IMG/VR virus record: IMGVR_UViG_3300020403_000017
Coordinates: 1 to 49,591 of that record
Reading direction: 5' to 3' (one strand)
Origin: a virus
Lineage: Duplodnaviria; Caudoviricetes
DNA: 49,591 nt
Each line of letters begins with the position of its first letter. Position 1 is the stretch's first letter. Below are positions 36,901-45,250 of this stretch, piece after piece. Made by a program: the position numbers and the translations under genes. The notes beneath the pieces are model-generated. The model did not search any database and was not told the origin of the DNA. It saw only the letters and a list, made by a program, of their open reading frames with translations.

Positions 36901-39900
36901 CAAAAGAATCTCGAATACTTAGTCGCGATGGTGTTCTAATAAGCGGCGACACGTTTGTAAGAAGATCGTTATCAACTTCACCTCCATCATCGCGACCATT
37001 GACCAGTCGATCGACTATTTCGGCACCAGGTAAAACTAATGTTTCCAAGTGCGCCATTGGTCCAACAACTTCAATACAATGCTCTATGTGAAAAAACGGA
37101 TTGTGACCTCCAAGAAGATCAGATGCAAGCTTTACTGGGTCTCTCAATTCATTGAAAGAATTTTCCACCTCAGTTATGTTATTTGGATCCAGCAATGGAT
37201 GGTCCCAGTAGAATTTATCTGGAACTCCCTCTATTGCGACATCTACATCTTCTACCAAATTTCCTCGTTCGTCAACTCTTTGGCCTTCGTATCTTCGGTC
37301 GATGATGCGACCGGTGGCGGGGTCTCGTGCAACTCGCCCGGCGCCCTCTCGAATTCCTGCAGTGCCTCTGTTTGCAATATTTCTAGACACTTCTGTTTGA
37401 GGTACAAAGTATTTTATAAACCAATTATAATAATCTAAGTTTGCATCATTTTGAAAAAGCCTCTTAGATACTCCTTGGACCTTCACTACTTGTTTTTGTA
37501 CCATATCTCTTAGTGCAAAAGCAGGCTGCTCAATTCCAGTAACTCGGGCAATAATATCTTCCCACTTGTCTGAAATGGATTCGTGTCGGTTAAGCTCTTG
37601 CTCTACATAACGCAAGATAAAATCTTGCATAAACGGTTCATCGGAAACAGATTCCACATCCCAAACTGAATAAGCTAGAGATCCCTTAAGGATCAGCTCA
37701 ACAATACAAACGCGTATAAAACCTATCAAGCTCACATTTTGTATCGCTTTCTCAATAGGACTAGGATCGTCGAAATCTAAATTGTATGGTTCATTTTCTG
37801 GCTTCTGTAATTCTTTGTTTATTTGATTAGCCAATTCGTCTGTGATCATTTTTTCAAATGACAGTATACCAAACTGAGAGATATTGTATCTATTCTTGTA
37901 ACAGTTTTCCTCTTTTGAGAAATATGCCTCTCCATTAACTCTGCTTCTTAGTTCTCGTGAGTAACCATCCTCATCATATATTCTAGAGTCTCTTAAAGAG
38001 AATAAAATCTGCTCAAAGATACCTTCAGCATAGTTTGTTCCTTCTGGGCCGTACAGATAGTCTCTTAAGAAGTTGTTCTGATATAAGTTCAACTCTCTTC
38101 TATGATCATTTATCTGCATATGTAGCGGCACTTCTTGTTCGCCGGGAAGCCTTTCATAGATAAAGTTGACCTTACTTATTACGCTGTCCCAAAACTTTCG
38201 TGCAAAAAGCTCTTTTCTTGTATATATGTTTGGAGGAATACCATCGACTGAACGTTCAAACATCTCTCTGTTCTCTGCCTGCTCTTCAGTGATTGTCTCT
38301 TCGTTGAGGCCAGGGCCAGGGATTGTGTCGCAATATTCAAATCTCTGATCTTGTAAGAATAGTGCACTGTCATTTATATCTACAATATAAGGGTCGAACT
38401 TGTTTGTGTTCGCTGTGCTCTCAAATTCATACAAACTTATATTGGTTCTGCCGGGGCCGCCATAGGGACCTATGTTCAGCTTTAAATTGAATGCTTGCTT
38501 GCCGGGGCGCCCTAGGGCGTCTTCAGCTGTGCCTTGCCAGGAGGGAGCACGGCCTTCGTCAAGTTCTACGTCTACGAGTTCTCCAAGCGGGTACCCTGCG
38601 CGGCCTCGCTCGCGTTCGTTTTCGTATGAAAAATTTAAATGATCCCTGAGAATTTTAAGATAAGCCTCTTCACTTACAGGTGTTGATATGTTTTGCAAAT
38701 GAACTTGAAGCTCCATTTGCATATCCCTTAATCTTTCAGATATCTTTTCTCTAAGAAAGGACTTTACCCCCTCTTCTTCTGATACAACCTCATCAACTGT
38801 TGCTTGTTTAATTATTTTATAAGCGCCTATAAAATTAAAACCTGCCTCGTTTAATGGAGAATTAGCTGCTCCCAGGAGCCTCTTCAATTCTGGTCGCGGG
38901 CGTGCAGAGGGATTAGGAAAATTGGTCAGTACCCCATCTTCATTCATATAATAGTATGACGATTGAGAGAATCCTACAGGCTTTAAGAATAAGTTCTCCG
39001 GGGTTCGATTACCTCTAGTTTCTAATGTTACGGGACTGAATCTGTTGACTTCATTTTGAGGTACCCTACTTCTGTTGTTTTCAGGTCTACTGTATACTTT
39101 TACCGATTTATTTGACTTTCCGTTTGTGTCAAAGTACTCCTCCAGTTCGTAAACCTGATATAGAATACACAGTTGTTCTGTGAGTTGTTCTTCTGTTCTT
39201 GGGGTCTCAAGACCCAATGCAGTATACAATTTAAGGTTTTCTAGAATTGTTTGAACGATAATAGATGACTCCTGGTTATATTCAGGGTCCGTCGGCAACG
39301 GTAATCTATTAGATCGCAGATACAAAGCGGGTCCGAATTCAGATAAAGAACTTACATAGCCCATCTTTGCCGATTCAAATAAGCTGCGGGCAGTTCTATT
39401 GATCTGTTCAGATAGGACTTCTGGTAATTCACTGATCAGAGCTTCCGGGTTTCCGAACTCTAGGGTTGGAGGAAGCAAGCCTTCTAAACCAGATTCACCT
39501 AGGGCTTGAAAAGCTTCTGCCTCTCCCATCAAATTCTTTCTGGCCATGTCTACGGCTTGCTCTATCTCATCGTCCGTTGCGTCTGATGCCAGCATTCTTC
39601 TTCTGATTTGGTCCAAATAAGATGATGTTTCCTTACACGTGGCACTACCGATCACTGATGTTGACTGATTCAGGTTTTCGCAGAACTCATCTGGTAAAAA
39701 TATTGATATTGTTTCAAAAAATGATCTTAAAGTTTCTTCTGTGTCGACCTCCTCAATTCCTAACCTAGTTGCGAGGCGCAATATCATATTCATAGTGGGA
39801 GCATCAATGGCACCGCCTTGAAGCACGCGACAAAGCTCCTCACCAGTCAGAAACATTGCCATCTCGTCTATGAGGTCTTTTGCCTTGTCTACGTTGTCTG

Positions 39901-42877
39901 GGCTTATTGATAGATCTGTTAATCCGTCTACTAATGCTCTTTGAATTTCTGGTGCCGCTTGTGAACCTGCGCCATATAGCTGATCTCTAAGTTGCTCTTG
40001 GCAAAATGGCACTGTTAATATATCTAATAATTTTTTAGCAAAAGCACAAAGAAACTGAGCTAGTATCTCGTCCCACTTTTTGTATAGCATCTCCACAAGA
40101 CCAGCATACCAGCCAAATATTCTCAAATCTGGGTTCGGCGGCAACTTAAAGTTCGGTCTAGAGAAATTAACTGCTGGAAGCTTGATGCATTTCAGGTAAT
40201 CACATAATAGTGAAGGGATAGAGAATTTGTTAGCAAACTGCTCGAAGAAATCACCGACCTGCTTACATTGATTGCCAAATACACTTAAGACTTCGTCACT
40301 TCCAAACTCTAACTTAAGGGCATTGCTTATAGTGTTTTTTTCTTTACTCTTTTTCCATCTATCAAATGGATCTGTTATCTCGTTCTTTACCCATTCGTTG
40401 ATAGGATTAAACTCTTCTGGTATTTCCCCACTCAAGGACATGGTGTGCTTCATAATATAAGCGAGGCCTTTTTTACCTATACCCAAATCCTCACAAGCTC
40501 CGGCTGCATCGGAAAATAGTCCTGGTGGATCCACCATCTCAAACAACTGTGCCATATACCCAACTGTTCTAGGCTTACGAAATGCTGGCACTTCCTTTTC
40601 TAAATTCTTTATTTCTAGAAGCTTTCCGCCGGCCTTAAGAGATTTGACCACTAAGCCATCGTTGTTTTTAGACTGCTTGAATTCAAACTTTATTTCCGAA
40701 AGACTAGAAGATCCGAATGCTTTATCAAAATCTGATCCGAAGTTAAACTCTTTGTTTCTTTTTGTGATGAATTTTTTAAGTTGCCCTGGTATCTTCTGTA
40801 AGCTGGAAGCTTCCGAGTTTGCGTTAAAATCCGAAGGCTTAATCTTTATTTGCTTTTTCCTGCAGTTTTCAAATGCTTTCTTAAGGTTTTCGCCGGCTTT
40901 GCCTACCAGTTTCTCCAATTCAACGTAAGTTAGGGAGAGTTCAGTAAATTGAGAAAACTTCGGAGCGTCTGGAGAAACATCACTGTCTGGAGAGAAAAGT
41001 CCGGTAAATGAACTTATTGCTTGTGTTGTGAACTCGTAACTATCTGTTTCTAAATTTAGATTTGCGTTTCCGAAAACTCCTAGATCGATTGATGCATTTT
41101 CTAGAGATTGCTTATTGTTGTAGTTCTCTAGTGTTTTCTCTCTCAGGGTTCTTGCTATCTCTCTCTTTTTTTGAGAAGCTAGGGCTCTATATTCTTCGTA
41201 TCTTCTTTTTCTATCATCCTCGCTAATGGGTGAACCATCACAAGATGCTATTATATTGACGGGCGGCTCAGGCTCTATGGCCTCTTGCTGTGGTGGCTCG
41301 TCCTCTAGCTGTAAATCTATACCGTCTACAATCGAATTAAACTTATCTCTATTTATAATAAATTTTGCTCTGTAGTTGTCTCCTGGTCTTAGAGACGGTG
41401 TTTTAAATTCCACAAATTTTATCATCGGCTCGGTGCCGACGTTTATTAATTCGCCATCTTCTGTGTATTCAATTTTTCTATAATCCTCTATAAAACTTCT
41501 GTTTATTTCATATTGTGAAACGATAGGTTCTGTGGTTAGAGAAAACTTCGTTGGTGCAGTGTAGATGCCTCTGTGCGATGGAGATGGCGTATCACCATAT
41601 AGAGCTGAAAAACCTTCTTCCGTGGGGTTCAAGAACCATACTGTTGGCTTTCCGTAAAACTCCAATGCTTTTGTTAGTGCTTTGTCTTCCAGTTCTGCGA
41701 TAGCCTCATTGTATGCCGATACTTGTGCTTCTGAAGACGTTTCATTAATAAACGGAGGTAAGTTCTCCAAAGTATAATCAGTGATATCAAACACACATAT
41801 TCTTTTTTCATCTAGCGCAAACGGATCCGGATCTATCAGAGGATTAGGCTCAAAAGAACTTCTAAGACTATCTTTGTATCCTTGTGTGGATTTACTGAAC
41901 AAACTAGTTTCTTTTGGCTGCTCCACTGAGACTTGTGCAAAAGCGGTGTATAGCGGGCTCTTGTATGTGTTTTCGCGACGCTTATAAACCAGCACCGCAA
42001 AGTGTGCAGGACTTACTACATAATTCTGGTATGATGAAAGGCCAAACTTTACTCTTTCTCTTATAGGTGCTTGCTCATTGTACTCTCTCAACAAACTCGA
42101 GCCTTTGGATTTATTCGCTCTATACGAGGAAAACAGTTCCCTTGGCTCTAAGATATCTGGGCTGTTTTCCAAGCGCTGCGTCAGAAGGCCTTCGACTAGA
42201 GCCTCGTATATACCTAATAAGACTACGTCTTTTATGTCGCCAGAGAACACTCGAGATTCGTGGTAGTATCCGGTCTCTCCTATTGCAGACCTAGGAAGCC
42301 AGCCGTGCAATACCGCTAGGGTTGCCTCACCTAAAACCCCAAACTCAAGCTCAAACATGCGAGTCAACAGATCAATTTGGGTTGACACATAGGAGTTGTT
42401 GGAATAGGTATCAGCCGATGCGACATCAAATGTTGGCACTCTTGGGATTGATCCACCTGAAGAGAGATAATCGAACTGTGCATCTGTTGCTTGGATTGAT
42501 CCAAACGGGGGCCTCACTATACTAGCATCGGCTGGATGCATGTTTACTGTGATTTTTGAAAATAAGTAACTTAAAATGTAAAACTGGTTTTCAATTTGAA
42601 ACCTTTTGAGATAAGACTGCATACTTGCGTCGAAAGTTGCAGCCTCAAGCTTGGAAATTTTTCTACCAGTAGTGCAGTCAAACCAGCCGTCTGGATCCTC
42701 TAATGAGGGGTTGTTATCCTGAGCTTCCACTAGAGAAGCATAATCTACGATTGCATTTAGGGCACGTTTGACCACTAGAATATCTCGGCCAATGTCTCCC
42801 AGTTTTCTGGTTCCAAAGTCTATTCTTTCACCAGTTTCGGGACTTACTATTTCTATCGTGTACAGTTTTGAACTCAT
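30935..42877 (-). CDS. 3980-aa giant baseplate-region protein with interrupted N-terminal peptidoglycan-binding-like motif
   Basis: Uninterrupted 11.9-kb ORF between the spike-like and gp25-like genes. N-terminal LGDIGRDILVVKRAL / FDASMQSYLKRFQIEN / GVLGEATLAVL. Confidence 0.65.
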   Translation of the reverse strand: MSSKLYTIEIVSPETGERIDFGTRKLGDIGRDILVVKRALNAIVDYASLVEAQDNNPSLEDPDGWFDCTTGRKISKLEAATFDASMQSYLKRFQIENQFYILSYLFSKITVNMHPADASIVRPPFGSIQATDAQFDYLSSGGSIPRVPTFDVASADTYSNNSYVSTQIDLLTRMFELEFGVLGEATLAVLHGWLPRSAIGETGYYHESRVFSGDIKDVVLLGIYEALVEGLLTQRLENSPDILEPRELFSSYRANKSKGSSLLREYNEQAPIRERVKFGLSSYQNYVVSPAHFAVLVYKRRENTYKSPLYTAFAQVSVEQPKETSLFSKSTQGYKDSLRSSFEPNPLIDPDPFALDEKRICVFDITDYTLENLPPFINETSSEAQVSAYNEAIAELEDKALTKALEFYGKPTVWFLNPTEEGFSALYGDTPSPSHRGIYTAPTKFSLTTEPIVSQYEINRSFIEDYRKIEYTEDGELINVGTEPMIKFVEFKTPSLRPGDNYRAKFIINRDKFNSIVDGIDLQLEDEPPQQEAIEPEPPVNIIASCDGSPISEDDRKRRYEEYRALASQKKREIARTLREKTLENYNNKQSLENASIDLGVFGNANLNLETDSYEFTTQAISSFTGLFSPDSDVSPDAPKFSQFTELSLTYVELEKLVGKAGENLKKAFENCRKKQIKIKPSDFNANSEASSLQKIPGQLKKFITKRNKEFNFGSDFDKAFGSSSLSEIKFEFKQSKNNDGLVVKSLKAGGKLLEIKNLEKEVPAFRKPRTVGYMAQLFEMVDPPGLFSDAAGACEDLGIGKKGLAYIMKHTMSLSGEIPEEFNPINEWVKNEITDPFDRWKKSKEKNTISNALKLEFGSDEVLSVFGNQCKQVGDFFEQFANKFSIPSLLCDYLKCIKLPAVNFSRPNFKLPPNPDLRIFGWYAGLVEMLYKKWDEILAQFLCAFAKKLLDILTVPFCQEQLRDQLYGAGSQAAPEIQRALVDGLTDLSISPDNVDKAKDLIDEMAMFLTGEELCRVLQGGAIDAPTMNMILRLATRLGIEEVDTEETLRSFFETISIFLPDEFCENLNQSTSVIGSATCKETSSYLDQIRRRMLASDATDDEIEQAVDMARKNLMGEAEAFQALGESGLEGLLPPTLEFGNPEALISELPEVLSEQINRTARSLFESAKMGYVSSLSEFGPALYLRSNRLPLPTDPEYNQESSIIVQTILENLKLYTALGLETPRTEEQLTEQLCILYQVYELEEYFDTNGKSNKSVKVYSRPENNRSRVPQNEVNRFSPVTLETRGNRTPENLFLKPVGFSQSSYYYMNEDGVLTNFPNPSARPRPELKRLLGAANSPLNEAGFNFIGAYKIIKQATVDEVVSEEEGVKSFLREKISERLRDMQMELQVHLQNISTPVSEEAYLKILRDHLNFSYENERERGRAGYPLGELVDVELDEGRAPSWQGTAEDALGRPGKQAFNLKLNIGPYGGPGRTNISLYEFESTANTNKFDPYIVDINDSALFLQDQRFEYCDTIPGPGLNEETITEEQAENREMFERSVDGIPPNIYTRKELFARKFWDSVISKVNFIYERLPGEQEVPLHMQINDHRRELNLYQNNFLRDYLYGPEGTNYAEGIFEQILFSLRDSRIYDEDGYSRELRSRVNGEAYFSKEENCYKNRYNISQFGILSFEKMITDELANQINKELQKPENEPYNLDFDDPSPIEKAIQNVSLIGFIRVCIVELILKGSLAYSVWDVESVSDEPFMQDFILRYVEQELNRHESISDKWEDIIARVTGIEQPAFALRDMVQKQVVKVQGVSKRLFQNDANLDYYNWFIKYFVPQTEVSRNIANRGTAGIREGAGRVARDPATGRIIDRRYEGQRVDERGNLVEDVDVAIEGVPDKFYWDHPLLDPNNITEVENSFNELRDPVKLASDLLGGHNPFFHIEHCIEVVGPMAHLETLVLPGAEIVDRLVNGRDDGGEVDNDLLTNVSPLIRTPSRLSIRDSFERFTNLGGFPNPADYSINATPVLPENARGSTVEESEDLNLKHELYHIDDFIDALDSVWDDDDLQKFFLHMRGLMHYDPNAEDAPGGLNRNTLTEAANAYPETIRRSPTRFIKKIRRVYDFSHDFVSHNTGRLFETGQIVNSLESYHADMNDNPFTLMGSPFIERPEAIQHFNNFKNFVSLQREHTKYHILPTNGEEILQIQASGITVENSLTDETFQSQLMSNLGQATEIVEFDAGAKAQGVGYDIDPNSRAYENKPRQVGVTADFPRSRGFEKVEDLNVEIETEELDRIDFQAAPRAVQTSEVFKNPIGTFEDAAEYEAAKELYGDPYEETWVESVYTFTGEASIIAGLHGSFSIGETFDPAVLNFEPSQPLKAMFEEQLKVVIDSLQVSNLGFENAVLRTSGEDANGNPLTYGTKDPRLTQYGRTFFTRRDSGELEVFLARPMGIDKFNNKETTRPWLTQMQGPVNGHKGTFKEYDENLVAPENLSELLNDARKIMHELPSDSLSRGELEFSNTNLLPPNFYKIPMRVLITQVYAKGELNPQEVYCKVVPPEYIRNLHESDVANEEREATRQGHINALNATITEIAQEYVEFVAAVRERIGNQAATIDEIREEMPNFPDFTTDFTRAHLSWPVTRQASINADTPPQWCSIERIYSRVFAAEVGGFPESPLAAVGTEPFNSDEELDKLFKSRGYLMINRFPEDPHREIRLQRQWERPVINPFRDKLHFYESCNYFYQLSHDALLTNQEEGNNQNFNKTIFSLKNIFQWYLKNRRKDTLWGAITPTFGAEIGAGGEEAIVTSARERDFDDDFDRGEAGGDVLVRANKRVFGRQKFPLAQSFRGGIFGIEIQGHVPRGVPMPPYWKLKNIEWAARVLPKKKWHAWGEGDVDPRGIDLTTREVDYEPGRINMMHLQLQPGYVTLYPDEDDVKKIEKEGIPHQLADDIDIRLPGFDTDKDLKDWVFYEEGTPGLSSDGTGRAILNYNRIESTPIRNTGGGLFYASGMPSHTEISNFIGASLKRFLDISYDGNVPDLDPVSVMNVDTFFSDNIENLMLLVTNGLGDRSFSFDNNEFPWSPNRLGSFDPIFLEFAEDAPTVNRFVESMFHVIDRLCNLVLNKASFHVKSEVSEGNSYILEAPYKLSILRRFLVEAKKGQYTPEQKLFLVGFTSIPGIASTLASLAIKQTLDARPYENIDNIPEADLEDWAAACLHYLASRLLRGEFAAPALVQTGLDQELAGIFTLVRRIRVERSIIPGQSRFENRRFYINAPAQEAGWPGQSALQVQHIGGTEPQPDGPLDRDVSWENVKTLVRDIDRHGLTPSDIIRKTNLAYHIFALAQPSRNEGPNFPGEAGLGFANNDLILEALLDTGPESGDAEARMHPAVVAKYGDHYREALQRIRDHAPAAVDGLATPEHLDQYTTTLDRQSVTQGRMEHFITRLDQTLMGEIFGIREPFESAMWILEQLSELTNFSMDDAINDDGLNYNYMLPRIIYGSSALRARREQVTRVILEDHVNTVNTHRDIWNTAFGGYSGITPEFLSPELLRSALVNGRVVRGLLERTTIAQVARLVSNSFIPHNPETRGGNLAVEFRQHVLDTATGLPRGIYQDISEEFRSFVMASDASNRTKKTLSVPIVEYRKLLSTKTGGLIDCVDLASFRDDYKRLQPWMAEQLIELNEAKQVFEYIYPVKRFQAVATAFVTSALAGYSSMPTVMQTPKASLAALVNMSSMTRRQRTQLFDSFSQSESFKQTINNTTSNPKAMECFDFPYPKDFLDQLGDTLEQLFKEFPSLFFRGIAEAADPAYKEMKMHWENCDIDNLGWKGVQWGPTIDEKDMTAGLMGKPDGERDSKYAMIIPSAPVDISVGAYRVATNPFSRKNWRALQTALDRTIGYIYKGPIALADGAFNFSIPCRDGSGQDWPGRWPKPFNKGRYGHPLSPLTAIALTLPELKGEKRERNNKCSGQAREINNNLCANSDVEESPFGSFDDTEEE

Positions 42878-42885
42878 AGCCTTTT

Positions 42886-44292
42886 CTAGTTCACAGTATT
42901 GTAATTACTGCATATATATTTTTCATTACTTTTCTCAAGATAAGTAGTGTGCTTGTTTAAATTATTTATCTCTGTCTTGAAAGCATCAAGTCGATTATTT
43001 AAGCCTTCAAGGACGGAAACGGCACCTGACCAGACCTCATGAGGATTAGGAACAGTTATCCCCGATGGGACCGGCATCAAGTGGAAAGACGTGGAAGTAA
43101 TCCCATTGAATCTATTCTGCAAGTCAACAAAATGATCTAACCTCTGACTTACCTCGCTTATCAATTTAAGCATAGATTTCAAGCACTCTACTAGGTTGTC
43201 CCCTAGCACCATTGGTTGTTGTGGTATCTCTTCTCCTTCCAATGTTATGCCGTTTTCTGCTATCAGGTGTATGCCATTAGCTTGTCTAATCCTGTTGCCT
43301 TGTGAATTATAAGTCTCATCGGGACCACCCGTTACAATCTTTATATCCTGTCTGGCGTGCATTCTTAGTTTGTCTGCCTTGAGCATGATGCCACTTGTTG
43401 GCGACACTGCAGAGACAACCTCATCGGCGCCGGGTATTCTACGAGAGATGCTGAAATTTTCGTCTATCGTCGTCATTTGGCTGATATAAATTCTAGCCGC
43501 GTCCATTACCATGCCAGGATGCTTACCGCCTTCAAGCTCGACGTTTACCAAGTTTGGCGGAAAACTAGTGTTAAAGCAAGGCGCCAAGACAATAGGTTGT
43601 CCCGCTATAGATTCCAAAGGAAATGGTGCCATTCTACCAGCAACAATGTCTATTGAGCCGGCTCCCATATGATCTGATAAGCCTGAATTGTATTGTCTTT
43701 CCAGACTGCTCTTTGAGTATACTTGCCTGTTATCAGGTCCGTGGTCGCGACCAAAGACAATGCTAGTATTATTCATGCCTCCTACGAGTTTGTCGCCGGG
43801 GCGTAAAAAAGGAGACGGGTTTGGTTCTTTTAATTCGTAATCACCCTGGCCATCGTATGGCATAGCCTGACTGTTGGTTTGCCATGGTACATGATTCCTA
43901 GGCTTTCCCTTGATCATATTCTTGGAGGGTTCTTCATCAGTGCCATAACTCTGAGCCGATGCAGTACTTTCCTCGGTTTCGCTCTCTGGTTTCTCTGCTG
44001 CTGTCTGACGCTGCATCACTTGGTCAGGTCTAACTTTTTGTGGGTCGCCCAGTATATCATCTGGGTGATACGAACCTAGTAAACCTTCACCATATTGGGA
44101 ATTCTTTATTGAGCGAGTGTATCTTTCTTTAAGATTGCTAAATGCTTCTGCTTCTGTTTTACCTTCTGTGACTGATGTGAAGGTCTCTCCATTTATCTCA
44201 ACAGTGTATGTCGCTTTTATCCTGCCACTCTTTGTCTGTTCTGTGCAGAAAACTGGCTTTTTTGTTACTTTAATATTATTACGATTTGACAT
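42886..44292 (-). CDS. Putative baseplate central spike (gp5/VgrG C-terminal-like), no lysozyme domain visible
   Basis: Short beta-repeat segments SIVFGRD, SIDIVAGR, RIYISQ, GIMLKADKLRMHARQDIKIVTG and GIHLIA, then QPMVLGDNLVECL and a FHLMPVPSG tip-like segment. Position in the baseplate block fits. Confidence 0.5.
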   Translation of the reverse strand: MSNRNNIKVTKKPVFCTEQTKSGRIKATYTVEINGETFTSVTEGKTEAEAFSNLKERYTRSIKNSQYGEGLLGSYHPDDILGDPQKVRPDQVMQRQTAAEKPESETEESTASAQSYGTDEEPSKNMIKGKPRNHVPWQTNSQAMPYDGQGDYELKEPNPSPFLRPGDKLVGGMNNTSIVFGRDHGPDNRQVYSKSSLERQYNSGLSDHMGAGSIDIVAGRMAPFPLESIAGQPIVLAPCFNTSFPPNLVNVELEGGKHPGMVMDAARIYISQMTTIDENFSISRRIPGADEVVSAVSPTSGIMLKADKLRMHARQDIKIVTGGPDETYNSQGNRIRQANGIHLIAENGITLEGEEIPQQPMVLGDNLVECLKSMLKLISEVSQRLDHFVDLQNRFNGITSTSFHLMPVPSGITVPNPHEVWSGAVSVLEGLNNRLDAFKTEINNLNKHTTYLEKSNEKYICSNYNTVN

Positions 44293-44309
44293 ATTACTCT
44301 TCTCTTAAT

Positions 44310-44912
44310 TCAAACTGGTGCGTTCTTAACTATTACGCCATACGAATAATCAAAATTATATGGGAACACTATCTCCACCATATCTTGCATTCTTATATTT
44401 CCCAGTGTCTTCTTCAGAGCATATGCTTTAGGGTACCTGTCGATCTGTTCAAGCTGAAGCTTTGTAAACACAGAAGGTTTTAGTTCAACTTCCTTAACCT
44501 TTTCACTTTCTTTTCCAGGCTTGGGCTTTTCTCTGAGTTTCTTTATTGCTTCGAAGAACTTGGGAGAATCAGGTTGAGGTAAACAAGCGCAAAGCTCCGG
44601 CACATAAACTCTAGCTTCAAAAACGAAACTGTTACCTGTCTGTGAAGACTTACCTGTTGTTGCATCAGATGTCCCTTTGAGGTATTCAACAAAGGTAGGA
44701 TCATATTCTTTCGCAAATGTTTCGAACGGCACTATAGAAGTATAAACGACAAGACCCCTGAATTTTACATTGAAGTGAGGTTTGGAGTTATCTCCTCTTA
44801 CCTCTTTATATAATACAGTGTTGAGAAGGTCTTTCGCGTTACCTGAAGCTGCGTGAAGTGCTGGTTTTTTTGCTGCTGGTACAGGTTGGATTAAGTTATC
44901 AAGAGTTGACAT
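44310..44912 (-). CDS. Hypothetical protein, possibly the OB-fold part of the spike/hub
   Basis: FRGLVV..FEARVYVPEL..DMVEIVF pattern; immediately upstream of the spike-like gene. Confidence 0.4.
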   Translation of the reverse strand: MSTLDNLIQPVPAAKKPALHAASGNAKDLLNTVLYKEVRGDNSKPHFNVKFRGLVVYTSIVPFETFAKEYDPTFVEYLKGTSDATTGKSSQTGNSFVFEARVYVPELCACLPQPDSPKFFEAIKKLREKPKPGKESEKVKEVELKPSVFTKLQLEQIDRYPKAYALKKTLGNIRMQDMVEIVFPYNFDYSYGVIVKNAPV

Positions 44913-44913
44913 A

Positions 44914-45222
44914 CTATTCCTCCGGCTTCTTATCTTCTTGCACTTCGTTTATTAAGTCAAAAAGTTCTTGCTTGTCTTCTTCAGTTATGTTTTGATTCAC
45001 TGCACTGCTTTTCTGTAGTAGTGCTGCCAACTTAACTAGCTGCTCATTTGACCTTTGCAGTGTTTCCAGATATTTTGCTGCAACAAGTCCCACTTCGCGA
45101 TGACGGTCATCACCGGACTGCATATATTTCATGAGGCTCATGAGCAGGGTTTTGGTCGCAGCTCTATCCTCGGTGATATTACTTGTTGCTTGTTCTATAA
45201 ATTTTTCTACTTTCTTAGACAT
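44914..45222 (-). CDS. Small helical protein (possible terminase small subunit-like)
   Basis: 102 aa, helical; RHREV..KYLETLQRSNEQLVKL is loosely like the T4 gp16 central helix. The function call is weak. Confidence 0.35.
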   Translation of the reverse strand: MSKKVEKFIEQATSNITEDRAATKTLLMSLMKYMQSGDDRHREVGLVAAKYLETLQRSNEQLVKLAALLQKSSAVNQNITEEDKQELFDLINEVQEDKKPEE

Positions 45223-45226
45223 ATAA

Positions 45227-45234
45227 TAAATACT
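45227..45234 (-). promoter_or_regulatory. AGTATTTA motif variant directly before an ATG lacking a Shine-Dalgarno
   Basis: Minus strand AAAAGTATTTATTATATG; the motif ends 4 nt before the ATG at 45222. Confidence 0.4.
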
Positions 45235-45250
45235 TTTTGCTAAAAAATAT

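Noticed and set aside
28568-44912. Interpretation as a bacterial eCIS/T6SS/tailocin locus
   Set aside because: It is contiguous with primase, resolvase, Mre11-Rad50 and a phage sigma factor, and has no cellular genes; this fits a phage genome better.
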